NCBI GenBank assembly: GCA_018897195.1
Contig: JAHILH010000005.1
Span: forward strand, 64,745 to 128,744
Origin: Patescibacteria group bacterium
GTDB taxonomy: Bacteria; Patescibacteriota; Patescibacteriia; Patescibacteriales; UBA12075
Length of the DNA: 64,000 bases
Reading direction: 5' to 3'
The notes beneath the pieces are model-generated. The model was not told where the DNA came from and did not search any database. It saw only the letters and a program-made list of their open reading frames with translations. The translations under genes were made by a program, and so were the position numbers. This document shows positions 45,763 to 57,300 of the stretch, piece by piece (position 1 is the stretch's first letter; each line of letters opens with the position of its first letter).

Positions 45763-47010
45763 TTATTTAATTAATTCCTTAAGTTTTTCCACCTCTTGCA
45801 TAAAACTATCCTTATTGCTAACTTTTGTCACTTGTTCTTGTGGCATTGTCTCGTTATATGGATTTATTTTAACGCCATTTTTGACCATTTCATAATGTAA
45901 ATGCGGTCCAGTTGAAAAACCAGTTGAACCAACATAGCCAATAATTTCACCTTGCTTTACCCTTTGGCCAACCTTAACAATTATCCTTGATTGATGTCCA
46001 TAGTTCGTTGAATAAGTTCCATTATGTCTGATACTGGTTAAATTACCATAAGGTCCGCCCCAGCCGGCCTTAGTCACTGTGCCATTACCAACAGCTCGAA
46101 TTGGTGTGCCCATACTTGCCGCGTAATCGATTGCCCTGTGACCTGTCGATACATTAAAAGCCTCAACATAGCGCCTACCCGTCGTAAACCCAGATGAAAT
46201 ATACCTAAACTCAACTGGCGCACGCAAGAACATTCTTTGTACCGAATTACCGTCCTGATCAAAATATCCATTATTCTCCCCGGAATAATACATGGCATAT
46301 TCTTTACCGCTATTAACATATTTACCAGCCAAAACCCGACCCGGCATAACGTATTCGCCATTCAAAAAGCGCTGTTCCCAGACGAAGGAAAAAATATCAT
46401 CTACACGTGGATCCATGGCAAAATCTATTGTCCATTGAAATACATCAGCCAAGGCCATAATCGCCCGCTCGTCAATATTATTATCCAAAGCGGCTTGATA
46501 CATTGATGACTTCACTACACCCTTGGAGGTGATAATTTTTATTTCATAAGGGATTGCCTCTTTCTTTGATTGCCATGCAGACATCTCCGGACTACTCGAG
46601 GCGACGCCCGGCGTAATCGTGCGCCAAATATGTAATTGATCCTCGGTGTCGATCTTGTAATAAAGCTCACGCAATTCATTAGTGTCTTTATCAAACGTCA
46701 ACTCGATAAATTTACCCAAACGCACCTTAGCCAAATCGTAAGATTTAAAAGCACTATCATAGATTGCCATTGCCGTAACATTGTCCACGCCTGAGCTAGC
46801 CATCAAGGCGCCGTAAGTTGCACCATCCACGATTTCAATTCTTTCCACACGGTCTTTTTTGTCTTCCGGGGCCTGAATATCAGCCTGCGCATTGCTCTCT
46901 TTGATAAGACTATTATCTATAGTATTGTTTTCTTTTTTAGATTGCCAATAAACACCGCTGACACCCAAAAATAGGAATATATATAAGATGATTTTGAATT
47001 TTTTAAACAT
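45763..47010 (-). CDS. M23-family peptidoglycan metalloendopeptidase
   Basis: HRAIDYAASMGTPI (H-x3-D), YGHQSRI, GSTGFSTGPHLHYEM (H-x-H). The start is probably the Met at 47010 (MFKKFKIILYIF...). Confidence 0.85.
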   Translation of the reverse strand: MFKKFKIILYIFLFLGVSGVYWQSKKENNTIDNSLIKESNAQADIQAPEDKKDRVERIEIVDGATYGALMASSGVDNVTAMAIYDSAFKSYDLAKVRLGKFIELTFDKDTNELRELYYKIDTEDQLHIWRTITPGVASSSPEMSAWQSKKEAIPYEIKIITSKGVVKSSMYQAALDNNIDERAIMALADVFQWTIDFAMDPRVDDIFSFVWEQRFLNGEYVMPGRVLAGKYVNSGKEYAMYYSGENNGYFDQDGNSVQRMFLRAPVEFRYISSGFTTGRRYVEAFNVSTGHRAIDYAASMGTPIRAVGNGTVTKAGWGGPYGNLTSIRHNGTYSTNYGHQSRIIVKVGQRVKQGEIIGYVGSTGFSTGPHLHYEMVKNGVKINPYNETMPQEQVTKVSNKDSFMQEVEKLKELIK

Positions 47011-47123
47011 AGAAGCATTATAGCACATTCCCCAATTCAGTATCAACCGAGAAAATATATGCCAAAAATAAACAAAAACCGCCTATCACTAGACGGTTAT
47101 TTTTTTATTTTTTCGAAAAAGCA

Positions 47124-47468
47124 CTACAGCGCGGCGGCGTCCCTTATTACCTCATCTTCATTACACACAGGGCAAAGTCCTGTCTCCAAGAATTCATAAA
47201 GCACATCGACAACTCTGTCGCTTACATCAACATTACAACTCCAACATTCACAGGTGTTATTCCTGATAACTGGTAAAATTGATTGACTAAAAATAACTGT
47301 CTCGTAAGTGTTAATGCTGTTCATCCCGGAAGCAATAATTTTTTTTAAAATAACCGCCTCCTTGGAACAATCAGGAAAATCCCTAGTCACTATTTCACTT
47401 AACAGCTTTAAAACATTACTAGTCATAAACCGCCCTCCTTTATTATTGCTTATTATCATAAAGAGCAA
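47124..47468 (-). CDS. Hypothetical small protein with two Cys pairs (possible Zn-binding)
   Basis: CECWSC ... CPVC. The start is uncertain (an internal Met at 47426 is possible). Confidence 0.35.
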   Translation of the reverse strand: MLFMIISNNKGGRFMTSNVLKLLSEIVTRDFPDCSKEAVILKKIIASGMNSINTYETVIFSQSILPVIRNNTCECWSCNVDVSDRVVDVLYEFLETGLCPVCNEDEVIRDAAAL

Positions 47469-47545
47469 AAAAAATTATGCACCTTTCTCCAAAAGTGCAT
47501 AAAATAAAAATACATTATTTGAGAAAAATAGTCAAACAAAAATAT

Positions 47546-48811
47546 TTATTTATAACGTAAAGCATCAAGCGGATTCAGCTTGGACGCGCGAATAGCTGGC
47601 CAAACACCGGTCAAAAGACCAACGATACTAGAAAAACCAATAATCAATAAAATAAACCAAGTCGGTGTATAAAAAATATCCATCGCGACTCCACCCAAAG
47701 TTTTAGCCAACAAGCCTAAAAGTAAATTAAAAATACCCTGCAAGAAAAAACCAATTGCCAACCCTGCACCACCACCTAAAGTTCCAATCAAAAAAGCTTC
47801 TGTCAAAAACAATTTCTTCACATCACGATTTTTGGCTCCAATTGACTTCATAATTCCAATTTCTCTTGTTCTCTGCAAAAGTGAAATTGTCATAGTGTTA
47901 AACATGCCGATTGCTGACACAATCAAAGCAACTACACCAAAAGCGGCCAAAATGATTTGGATAATCGCAAAAATCTTATTTGCCTGATCAATAGTTTCGC
48001 TAATCGAAGATACACCGTAGCCCATATCAAAAATTTCGCCACGCAATTTGTCAACATCTTTTTGAGTTTTAGCCTTCACTTTTAATTGATTAAATTCAGA
48101 AATGTTGAAATCCTTAATGTTGGCGATATTCAAAAAGATATACGGAGAATTATCATTTTTGACCACGCCGACTATTTTAAATTTTTGAGGCAACTCTTTT
48201 AGCTCCACCTCACCTTCAACATTTTTATTCTCATCCAAGGCCCGAGAGTCAACCTCCGTTGTTGTTGCCGATGATAAATTTTCATTCCCCCCCTTGGGCA
48301 CAATAATTGTCATCTTAATATCATTAACTCCTTTTGTGATATCAGTTTCAGATAAATTAAATAATTTCAAAATTGCCGTTGAGACAATAATCTCATTCTC
48401 AGTTTTATCGTCAAAGAATTTTCCCATTTCCAACTCCATGCCCGAAAGCGCAAAGAACGAACTTTTGACAAACTCCACCTCGGCGCCTCCGTTAAAATTA
48501 TTAACATCAATTAAAGAATTAAAACTAACCAAGGGGCTCACTTCTGAAACCAAAGGATTCTTCACCATTCTTTCAATCAAGGGTTGATCTAATTTTAACT
48601 CCTTCGAAGTTCCTGAAATAATATCCAAGGCCAACAAAGAGTCAGAGCTGGCAATTTTATCCAGAATAACTTTTTGCAGACCATAACCCAAGGACACCAA
48701 AAATAAAATCGCACCAATACCAACGCCAATACCAAGCACGGTTAAAATTGTTCTCATTTTATTCGTCTTAAAGATTCTAGTGGAAAGTTGTAAGATATCT
48801 AATATTTTCAT
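47546..48811 (-). CDS. FtsX/MacB-type ABC transporter permease
   Basis: N-terminal TM, a large extracytoplasmic domain, and a C-terminal 3-TM FtsX domain (REIGIMKSIGAKNRDV...). Confidence 0.8.
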   Translation of the reverse strand: MKILDILQLSTRIFKTNKMRTILTVLGIGVGIGAILFLVSLGYGLQKVILDKIASSDSLLALDIISGTSKELKLDQPLIERMVKNPLVSEVSPLVSFNSLIDVNNFNGGAEVEFVKSSFFALSGMELEMGKFFDDKTENEIIVSTAILKLFNLSETDITKGVNDIKMTIIVPKGGNENLSSATTTEVDSRALDENKNVEGEVELKELPQKFKIVGVVKNDNSPYIFLNIANIKDFNISEFNQLKVKAKTQKDVDKLRGEIFDMGYGVSSISETIDQANKIFAIIQIILAAFGVVALIVSAIGMFNTMTISLLQRTREIGIMKSIGAKNRDVKKLFLTEAFLIGTLGGGAGLAIGFFLQGIFNLLLGLLAKTLGGVAMDIFYTPTWFILLIIGFSSIVGLLTGVWPAIRASKLNPLDALRYK

Positions 48812-48822
48812 ATTTTATTTAT

Positions 48823-51195
48823 TTATTTCTTATACGGTTTCGATTCGGACTCTTCGCCAAACTTAATCAACATTAGTAACTCCAATTCTCTGGCGAATTT
48901 TTTGGCCACACTCTTGCCAAAACCAGCACCATTCAAGGCCAAGGGCTTGGACACCCCGTCGACAAATCCACCCTTATCAATTTTATTTTCCAAACGCATC
49001 CTAATAAACTTTTCCAAATTATCAATATTCTTCTGGATAATATGCGCTTCACTTTGTAATAATAATTGTTTTCTTATTTCGGTTACGGCATCCTCCTCTG
49101 CTAATGTACTCTCCTGCGGATTACTAACCTCTTTGTCTACATATTTCTTAATCATCTCCACCTCCAATAATATCATTTCAATCTTGTCAGCCAAAGTTTC
49201 GGCCGAACGCTTATCCAAACCAGCGCCTCCTTCCTCTATTGGCAAATCAATCAAACTAAAAACCTCTTCACGCGGAATAATTCCCATTAAGCGACGCTTA
49301 ATAACATTTTCAATAAATTCAATCTGTTCCCTGGTATATTTCTGCAAAATCTGATCCGTAATCATCTTGGCCTTTAGGGGAATCCACATTGAATTTAGCT
49401 GGCTAGACGTAATGCCACCATAGATTTTTAATAAATTTCTCAATTCGACAGGAATGTTTTGGTCATCCTTAACCTTTTCTTCTTCTTTTTCTTTTTTAAT
49501 CTCTGCCGGTCGCACATCATCATTCACCTCTTCTCTAATAATCACCCCATCCTTCATATAGACAATACGATTGGCAATACTTAATAATTCCGGATTATGC
49601 GTCACTAAAATAACAGTTTTGTTTTCTATCTTGCTTAAATCGCGGAAAATCTTCACTACGATATCAGCGCTAGCAGAATCCAAATTACCCATTGGCTCAT
49701 CTGCCAAAATAATCACTGGATCGTTTACCAGGGCTCGAGCAATACCAACCCTTTGTTGCTGTCCACCAGACAACATCACCGGTGACTTTTTGGCATGTCT
49801 TCTAATTTCAAATCTGTCTAACAAGTCCTGCGCTTTCTTCTTACGCTGAGACCGTGAAACATTACGAAACATTTGCGGGAAAATAATGTTGTCCTCCACC
49901 GACAATGATTCAATTAAATTATATGCCTGAAAAACGAAACCGATTGTATCGGCATGGTAGTCAGCCATCTGATCATAATTAAAATTTAAAATATTCTTAC
50001 CCATCACCTCAACCGTGCCCCCAACCGGTCTTTCTAGGCCGGCAATCGCGTTTACCAAGGTTGATTTACCACATCCAGATGGGCCAAAAAAAATAATTAA
50101 CTCACCGGCATAAATATCGACGCTCGCATTCTTGATTGCGTAGTACTCCGTCGGCTTACCAAAATTATATTTAATATCAATATTTTTTAAGGAAATAACC
50201 GGCTGAATTTTACTTTTCTCTTCCGCTTTTACCTCCGCCATTTCACGAAATGAGAGCTCCTTTTTTACAGGCTGCTCAACCGTCTTTTCAACCGAAGCTA
50301 GAATAACTGATTCTGGATCGGACTTAAGCACTTTTTTTGCCTCAGGGACAACCGGAATGATAACGGCTTCTTTGTTGTTTTTTTCTTGAATTATTTCTAA
50401 TTTCAAAATCTTTACAATTTTATCAAATTTTACCTCAACTGCATTTTCGACAGTTTTATTTGGCAAAGCAAAAGAGCTTAACCAATATAGAATATAAACT
50501 CTAATATTATCTGCTAATTTGTCATATTCCGCCTGAGAAAGTTTTTTATTTTCTGGATTTAATTCCAAAACTTTAGCCACTAAGGCATCACCGTTGCGAC
50601 TAATCTCTTTTCGACGCTCAATCCCAATTTTAAGATATTCTTCCCGTAAGCCTTCCTCGAAAACTTTTTGCACCCTCTTGACCAAGGGCAAACCATCATC
50701 ATCTTTATAATCACTCGATTTAGCATTAAAAAATTTACTTGCTAATTTCTTGAAAAAAGAGGTTTTTTTCTTGTCGACTGTAGCCATCTGCGCTACACCT
50801 GCCGAAACATCAATCTTTTTTTCGACTTTTTGCTCAACCGCCTTTTCAACTTCTCGTTCAACAGGCGGTTTATTTATTTTAATTTTAAGTACTGTTGGCT
50901 CCTGAACTGAATCCGCATCTTCAATTTTAATATGAACTAGCCTAATCTTTTCATCATCCTTTACCACGGTCTTAACAGGAGAAGCCTTCATGTTGTCATT
51001 GCCACCAATTCTTTTTATAATCTCTGCCTTATCTTCAGCGTTAATAATAAAATTATCCTCTTGCACAATTTGCTTATATGGCAATAATAACCGCTCTTCT
51101 TTTGGCAGCGAAAAACAGAGCTCATCATTTGTTAATGGCTCTTTTCCGGCTAAATCGGAAGTGTTATCTTGTGTTCCTCCTTGATTAGTCATCAA
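48823..51195 (-). CDS. ABC transporter ATP-binding protein with long N- and C-terminal extensions (790 aa)
   Basis: The central cassette has Walker A GPSGCGKST, Q-loop, signature LSGGQQQRV and Walker B ILADEPMGNLD. About 340 aa precede it and ~200 aa follow it, with no motif I recognise. Confidence 0.8.
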   Translation of the reverse strand: MMTNQGGTQDNTSDLAGKEPLTNDELCFSLPKEERLLLPYKQIVQEDNFIINAEDKAEIIKRIGGNDNMKASPVKTVVKDDEKIRLVHIKIEDADSVQEPTVLKIKINKPPVEREVEKAVEQKVEKKIDVSAGVAQMATVDKKKTSFFKKLASKFFNAKSSDYKDDDGLPLVKRVQKVFEEGLREEYLKIGIERRKEISRNGDALVAKVLELNPENKKLSQAEYDKLADNIRVYILYWLSSFALPNKTVENAVEVKFDKIVKILKLEIIQEKNNKEAVIIPVVPEAKKVLKSDPESVILASVEKTVEQPVKKELSFREMAEVKAEEKSKIQPVISLKNIDIKYNFGKPTEYYAIKNASVDIYAGELIIFFGPSGCGKSTLVNAIAGLERPVGGTVEVMGKNILNFNYDQMADYHADTIGFVFQAYNLIESLSVEDNIIFPQMFRNVSRSQRKKKAQDLLDRFEIRRHAKKSPVMLSGGQQQRVGIARALVNDPVIILADEPMGNLDSASADIVVKIFRDLSKIENKTVILVTHNPELLSIANRIVYMKDGVIIREEVNDDVRPAEIKKEKEEEKVKDDQNIPVELRNLLKIYGGITSSQLNSMWIPLKAKMITDQILQKYTREQIEFIENVIKRRLMGIIPREEVFSLIDLPIEEGGAGLDKRSAETLADKIEMILLEVEMIKKYVDKEVSNPQESTLAEEDAVTEIRKQLLLQSEAHIIQKNIDNLEKFIRMRLENKIDKGGFVDGVSKPLALNGAGFGKSVAKKFARELELLMLIKFGEESESKPYKK

Positions 51196-51326
51196 AGCTA
51201 AAATATAGTTTTAAAAACTGTGTATATCAGATTATATTATAACATTTTTTTCTTTTTTTACAAAATAAAACCCGGGACTTTGCCCGGATTTTATTCTTAA
51301 ATTATCTTATTTTTATTTCGCAAATT

Positions 51327-54300
51327 TTACTTCATCTTCAACCAGCCAAAGGTATCTTCAAAAGTCTTGATAATGATTTGCAGTACGGATTCCTCCTTAG
51401 ATGGAGCAAGGACAGTGTAGTCTTTGGAATAAGAGACGTTGCCAGCCTCATCAATACTTCGTGCCTTGAAGGTATAAACAGTGGATGGCTTGAAGTCGGT
51501 GATGACAAGAACATGCTTACTAGTTAGACTACCACCATCTTTAGCAATGGTAAATTTATCATTACCAACACTAACCTCTTCAGTGGAGACTTTCTTCCCT
51601 GTACTACTGGCGGCATTATCAGTTGAATCTAGAGTTGGTAAATTTTTTGCGCCCCCTTCGGCATAAATAATCTCACTCGTTGATGGCTCATTAGTTTTCC
51701 AAGTAACCACCGCCTGGACGCTGTTTTGATCACCCTTGCTAATCAAGGCCATGTCGGTTTGCACGTATTCAATAATTGGAGCCTGGGTATCGATTAAGGT
51801 TGAGAATTCAAAACCCTTACTTTCGGTAGCTTGATCGTGTTTATCTTTACCCTTGATTTTAAAGGTATACCTAGTACCAGGAAACAAGTTAACTAATTTG
51901 ATCTCATGGTCCTTGGTAAAATCACCTGACCTCATTGAATCAGTCACCTTGGAGGTAATATTGGTATATTCAATTTCCGAAGTAGACTCATTAGTTGTTT
52001 TCCAAGTGACATTTGCTGATTTATCGGTGATTTTATTAATACTATAAGTAAGGACATCAAATGAAGTTAGTGTCGTGAAAGTGTAGTCATCAGAAGAGAT
52101 AACATCACCCTTTCGACTCGCCCCCTTGGCTTTAAAGTGATAAGTTTGACCAGACTTCAAATCACTCAATCTCAGGCTATGATTAACAACGGAGTTATTT
52201 GAATCTGCTTTAGCAGTTTGACCATAAGCCGGCGTGGAGCCATAATCTAATTCCGAAGTAGTTTCCGTATTAGAGAGCCAAGAAATTTCGATACTCGTAT
52301 TAGTTATATTAGACATTGAAACTTCAGAAACAAACGGGATACCGGTAGTCTCAAATGATTTTTGATCAGAAGCACCAATATTACCAAGAGCATCGACACT
52401 TTGAGCCACAAAAACATATTTGCGTCCCGGCGCTAAGTTGGAAATATTAACAGTGTGATCCGTAACCAGGGCGGAATAATTACCAACTTGCTCCGCGCTA
52501 TCACGGCCCATTGATTCGATGTAATAGGAAATAATACTATTAGACTTGCGATTTGTCTTCCAGGCGATAGTCACTGACTTCGCGGTAACATTGCTAATCT
52601 CAGGTCCGGCGCCAGAAATCATTGGCGGCTCACCAGTTTTTTGAATTGCTGCCCGAATATCTTCAGGATTAACCTTACCGGATGACAACAACTCATTAAT
52701 CATTTCCTGAATCTTGGTTAAAGTATTTTCTGCATCCTTCTTTACTTCTGCCGCAACATCTTTCTTAGCCTCTTCGCCGGCCGCCAACGTAGTCAAGGCA
52801 AAGTCTGGTGATGCAGACATGTTACCCCAAGAGTCAGCAGAAACCGCCGAGAAATGATAAGTAGTATTTGGAGAAAGTTTTTTCAAATAAATTACATGAT
52901 TCTTAATTCTTTTTAGATAACTCTGATAATCAGATTCGGCCGAATCATAATCAGACGACAAGCCATAACCGACCATTGAGCTCGATTCTTCATTTGTGCT
53001 CCAAACTATCTTAGCATAGACATCTCCTTGCTCAACTATTTTAACATTAGAAATAACCGGTGCCGTCTTATCGGTTTTATCAATAATTAAAGCGCCACCA
53101 CCGCTCTTACTGTTAACAAGATTTAGTTGACTTTGCAACTCATTAATTTTGTTTATTTTTTCTTGTAATTCAGCATCTGTATGCATTCCAGCGGTAGCAT
53201 TAGACAATTGCTCGCTCAAACTATTAATCTCAGCAATCCTTGCCTGCATTTCCACCTCAGTATAAGCTTTGTCCTGCAAACTTAATAATTGCAACTCAAG
53301 ACTATCAATTAAATTTTGTTTTTCTGCCAAATCATCACCCGTGTATCTAATAGCTAATGTCTTAAAACTTACTTCATTTGATGTAAAATTCTTATTACCA
53401 TCCTCTGAATCAATTGTTTTAGTTTTAATATAATAAGTAGTGCTAGCAATTAAATTAGTTAAATAATAACTATGGGTTCTTGTCGGTGTAAGAATCGTTA
53501 GTCCAGTACAAGTGTCCATATTGATACCGACCAAGGTTGAGTAACAAATTTTCGAAGTGGCCGTAGTGTTAGTATTTGGAATACTAACAATTGCCTCCGT
53601 ATCTGATTGAATCACTGTCGGATCGCCAGGATTAACCAACTCTTCATGAGTTACTTGCGTGGCTAGCGTGGTAAAAGAATATTCTGAACTGGTAGCCAGA
53701 TTGCCTCCACCATCTTGTGATTTAGCATAGTAATAATAAGTTGTACTCGCAGTTAGTCCACTTAATTTCAAAAAGTGTAAAGTGCTTAAGCGACTTGAGT
53801 TTTCAGAGACATACGGACCACCAGTTGTTTCGCCATAATGAACAACTGAGTCAGAAGTTTCATTTGTTTCCCAAAATATGGTAGCCGTAGTATCGGTAAT
53901 TATAGAAACTTGCGGACTTGTTTCAATCACTGGCACAGTCTGGTCTGTTGTTGAAAATGTATAGACTGGTGATTCTTGCGAGTAGCCATCTTTAACAGAT
54001 CGCACTTTATAATAATACACTGTACCGTCACTCAAGCTAGAAAGTGTAATAATGTGCGTTGTTGTTGCTGTAGCATCGGTTGAGAAATTACTACCAATAA
54101 AATTAGCATTGGTTGTATATTCAACTTGCGAAGTAGCCGCTTGATCCGTGTCCCAAGAAATAATAGTTGTCGTTGTGGCTGCACTGGCAAAAACATTAGT
54201 AATTTTTAAGTTACTGGTCTTGAGAGAATACTCCGCGCTGGTGGTTGCATTGCTATTCGTATCAAATGAAGTAACTCGGAAGTAATAATCAGTAAAGGCA

Positions 54301-57300
54301 TTTAAACCGGAGATATTAACACTATGTGTTCTGGTCATAATATCGTCACTAGTGCTAGCAAGATAATTTGCCGTGCTCGTACCCCATTCCACTATCGAAT
54401 TAGCTGTTTCGTCGGTCTGCCAATTAATTGTCGCACCATTACTACTGACATTGATTGCAATCACTCCGGAAATGACCGGTGCGATTAGATCGCCGGAAGT
54501 GAAATAATAAAGTGGCGATTGAGTAGTATAATTATCGGCGGTAGTGGAAATAACGCGATAATAATATTTTGTAGACTGTACCAATCCACTAATTTCTATT
54601 TCATGATTCTTAGTTGAGTCACTAGGATACATTGGCTCAAATGCACTAGTCAATGTCGGAAAAGCTGGATCGGAATTATATTCCACCTGTGAACTTGTAT
54701 TCTCATTTGTACTCCAAGTAATTTTCACAGCCGTCTCGCTAGTTGTGGAGGCAATTACATCAGTCAAGCTGATTCCCTCGGTTGTAAATTCACCCGTTGT
54801 CGTCGCTGATACATTGCCACTGGCATCAACCGAGAATAATTGATAATAATAGGTAGTATCCGATTTCAAATTTGCAAGATCAACCAGATGTGTAGTCGTT
54901 AATATATCATTACTAATACCAATGGCGTAATCATTTGTACTGGTGCCATAACTAAATATCGATCTTGAAACTTCATCGGCTTGCCAAGTAACCACCGCAC
55001 TTGTTCGTTTAACTTGACTATTGATATTAGTATTGCCTGGCGGAGTGGCATCACTGGTTGTCATATCGGAATAGTATTGACCAAGGTTGTTATCCTTGCC
55101 TGTGCCCGATTTAACATAAAAATAATATCTAGTACCTTGCTTTAAACTATTTAAAGTAACTGAATGGCTAGTTTCGGAATCATCCTGTCCCACCTCCACT
55201 GGTGCCGGACTAATCATATTAGGATCAAGAGAATAGCCAACAAACGAATTCGCTGGTATATCCGTCGCCCAGACAATCGTCATGCTATTATTGGTTTTGC
55301 CAGTGACAATAATAGTACTGGAAGCAATTTTCGGACCATCGAGTGTGGTAAAATGATAGGTCTCATCAAGACTAGAGCCCTCAGTGCCATCAGCACTTGT
55401 TGATTTAACCCGGAAATAATATTCAGTATTAGAGTCCAGACCGTCAATAACAACTCGATGTTTGCCCAAGCCATTATTATCATTCAACATGGTGGCAATA
55501 CCTTTGAAAGGCGCATTGGCAAAACCAGCAAGCACTGGCACTGTGGTTGTAGCAATATATTCCACACTAGAATTAGACAAGACACTAGTATTCCAAACAA
55601 TCTCAGCCTGAGTCGTTAAAATTTCTATAATCTCCACGCTAGTGATTACTGGCGGAACACCAACTGAAGTACCGCCGCCGCCCTCGCCAAAATCCTGGAT
55701 TCCGTTTGGCACCCCGTGCATGACGATATTGGTATCGCTCTTACTGGTGTAGTATGAATAATTACCAACACCATCTTCGAGATAAACACGATAATAATAA
55801 TGATAATCTTTTACAACATTACTATCGGTGAAAAAATTAACATGCCGATCCGTACTGATTCCAAGCGGCGCAAAATCACTATTTAGTGGCGTAAAATTTA
55901 CTCCTGGGTCAGTCGCATACTCGGCTCGTTCCACGTGATAAGCTTTGAATTCGCCAACATTAACTCCCCCCACTGGCATCACTGACTCTTTCCAGGCTAG
56001 ATACAGATGAACATCACTTGGCGTAATGTAAGTATTGGTTACATCTTGAACCATAATAGAGGTTACCCTCGGCGGAATTATTGCGTCATAAAAATTCTGA
56101 TCAAAATTATTCAAACTATCTTTATATTGAATATAAACCGCTGTTGTGCTGGCTATAACCTTAATAGTCGTACTCGCTCCACTTTTAATACCATTATCCA
56201 AAATCCATTGACCGGAATCAATATTAAGACCATCCGCTAGCAATAAACCATTTACAGTTGAAGAGGATAAAGAATAACGATAATACGTATCAGAAATATC
56301 CGTCGCCTTAAACGTAATTTTCACTTCATCAGCAGCCATGGCTCCCGTTTGACGCGCGTCAACTTTGAGAACATTATATGAATCAGAATCAGTATCCACG
56401 GTTGGCGCCTTAGCATCAACTGGGAAAATTAGTGAACTGGAAGTGCCGATACTATTAGCTGCCTCTTTATCACTGGCCACAATTTGAATTTTAAAATCAA
56501 TATCATTTTCATGATTATTAAATCCATCACCGGGATTCCAGATTAAGTTAAACGTGTGTGGCGTTGAGGTACTCACCTGATCAAGATAGTGCGTGCTAAC
56601 AGAGTCACTAAGTAATCCCTGAACTGCCGAGGTGGCAATATCCGTCCAAACACCGGAATCATAATATTTCAAACTTACTTCAACCCTATTACGCATCGCT
56701 CCACCCGCATACGAGCCTTGGTCCGTATCGACATCAACAACGCTGGCATTTATAACCACAGAGCCTGCCGGCGCCAAAATATCTCCCTGTGGAGTCGTGG
56801 TTGTTGCGTTAGCAGTAAGCTGTTCAGCTGTAACACTAGACACCGTCGGTGCAGCATTAATAACATATATCATATTAACCGCTGAAATTGATGGTGCGCT
56901 AACACCGTCGGAAATTAAAGTAATCTTATACTGAAACCATTGATCATTGTCACCAGTTTGAAAATTAACTGGCATAATATCTAATCCATCATAATTAATA
57001 AAATAGGAGTCACTGGTTCCGTCCGGACCTTCCCAGCTTGTCCAAGTCCCAGGCACAATTCCGGAATTTGGAGCAGTTCGAATTTGAAATTTAATATCCG
57101 TCCCCGCCGGCTTACTGCCCTGTGCCCAAGTAATCTTACTTAACATATTCGTCGCATCAGAAGAGTTATATGGTGATGAAATTAAAGAGGCAGCTGTGGG
57201 GAAATTAATAAAGCCAATCGTCACATCATTTAAAATAGGTGTCGCCGTTTCGTCTGTCGATGAAAAAGCCGCTTGATATTGAATGTAGCGATCGCCACTA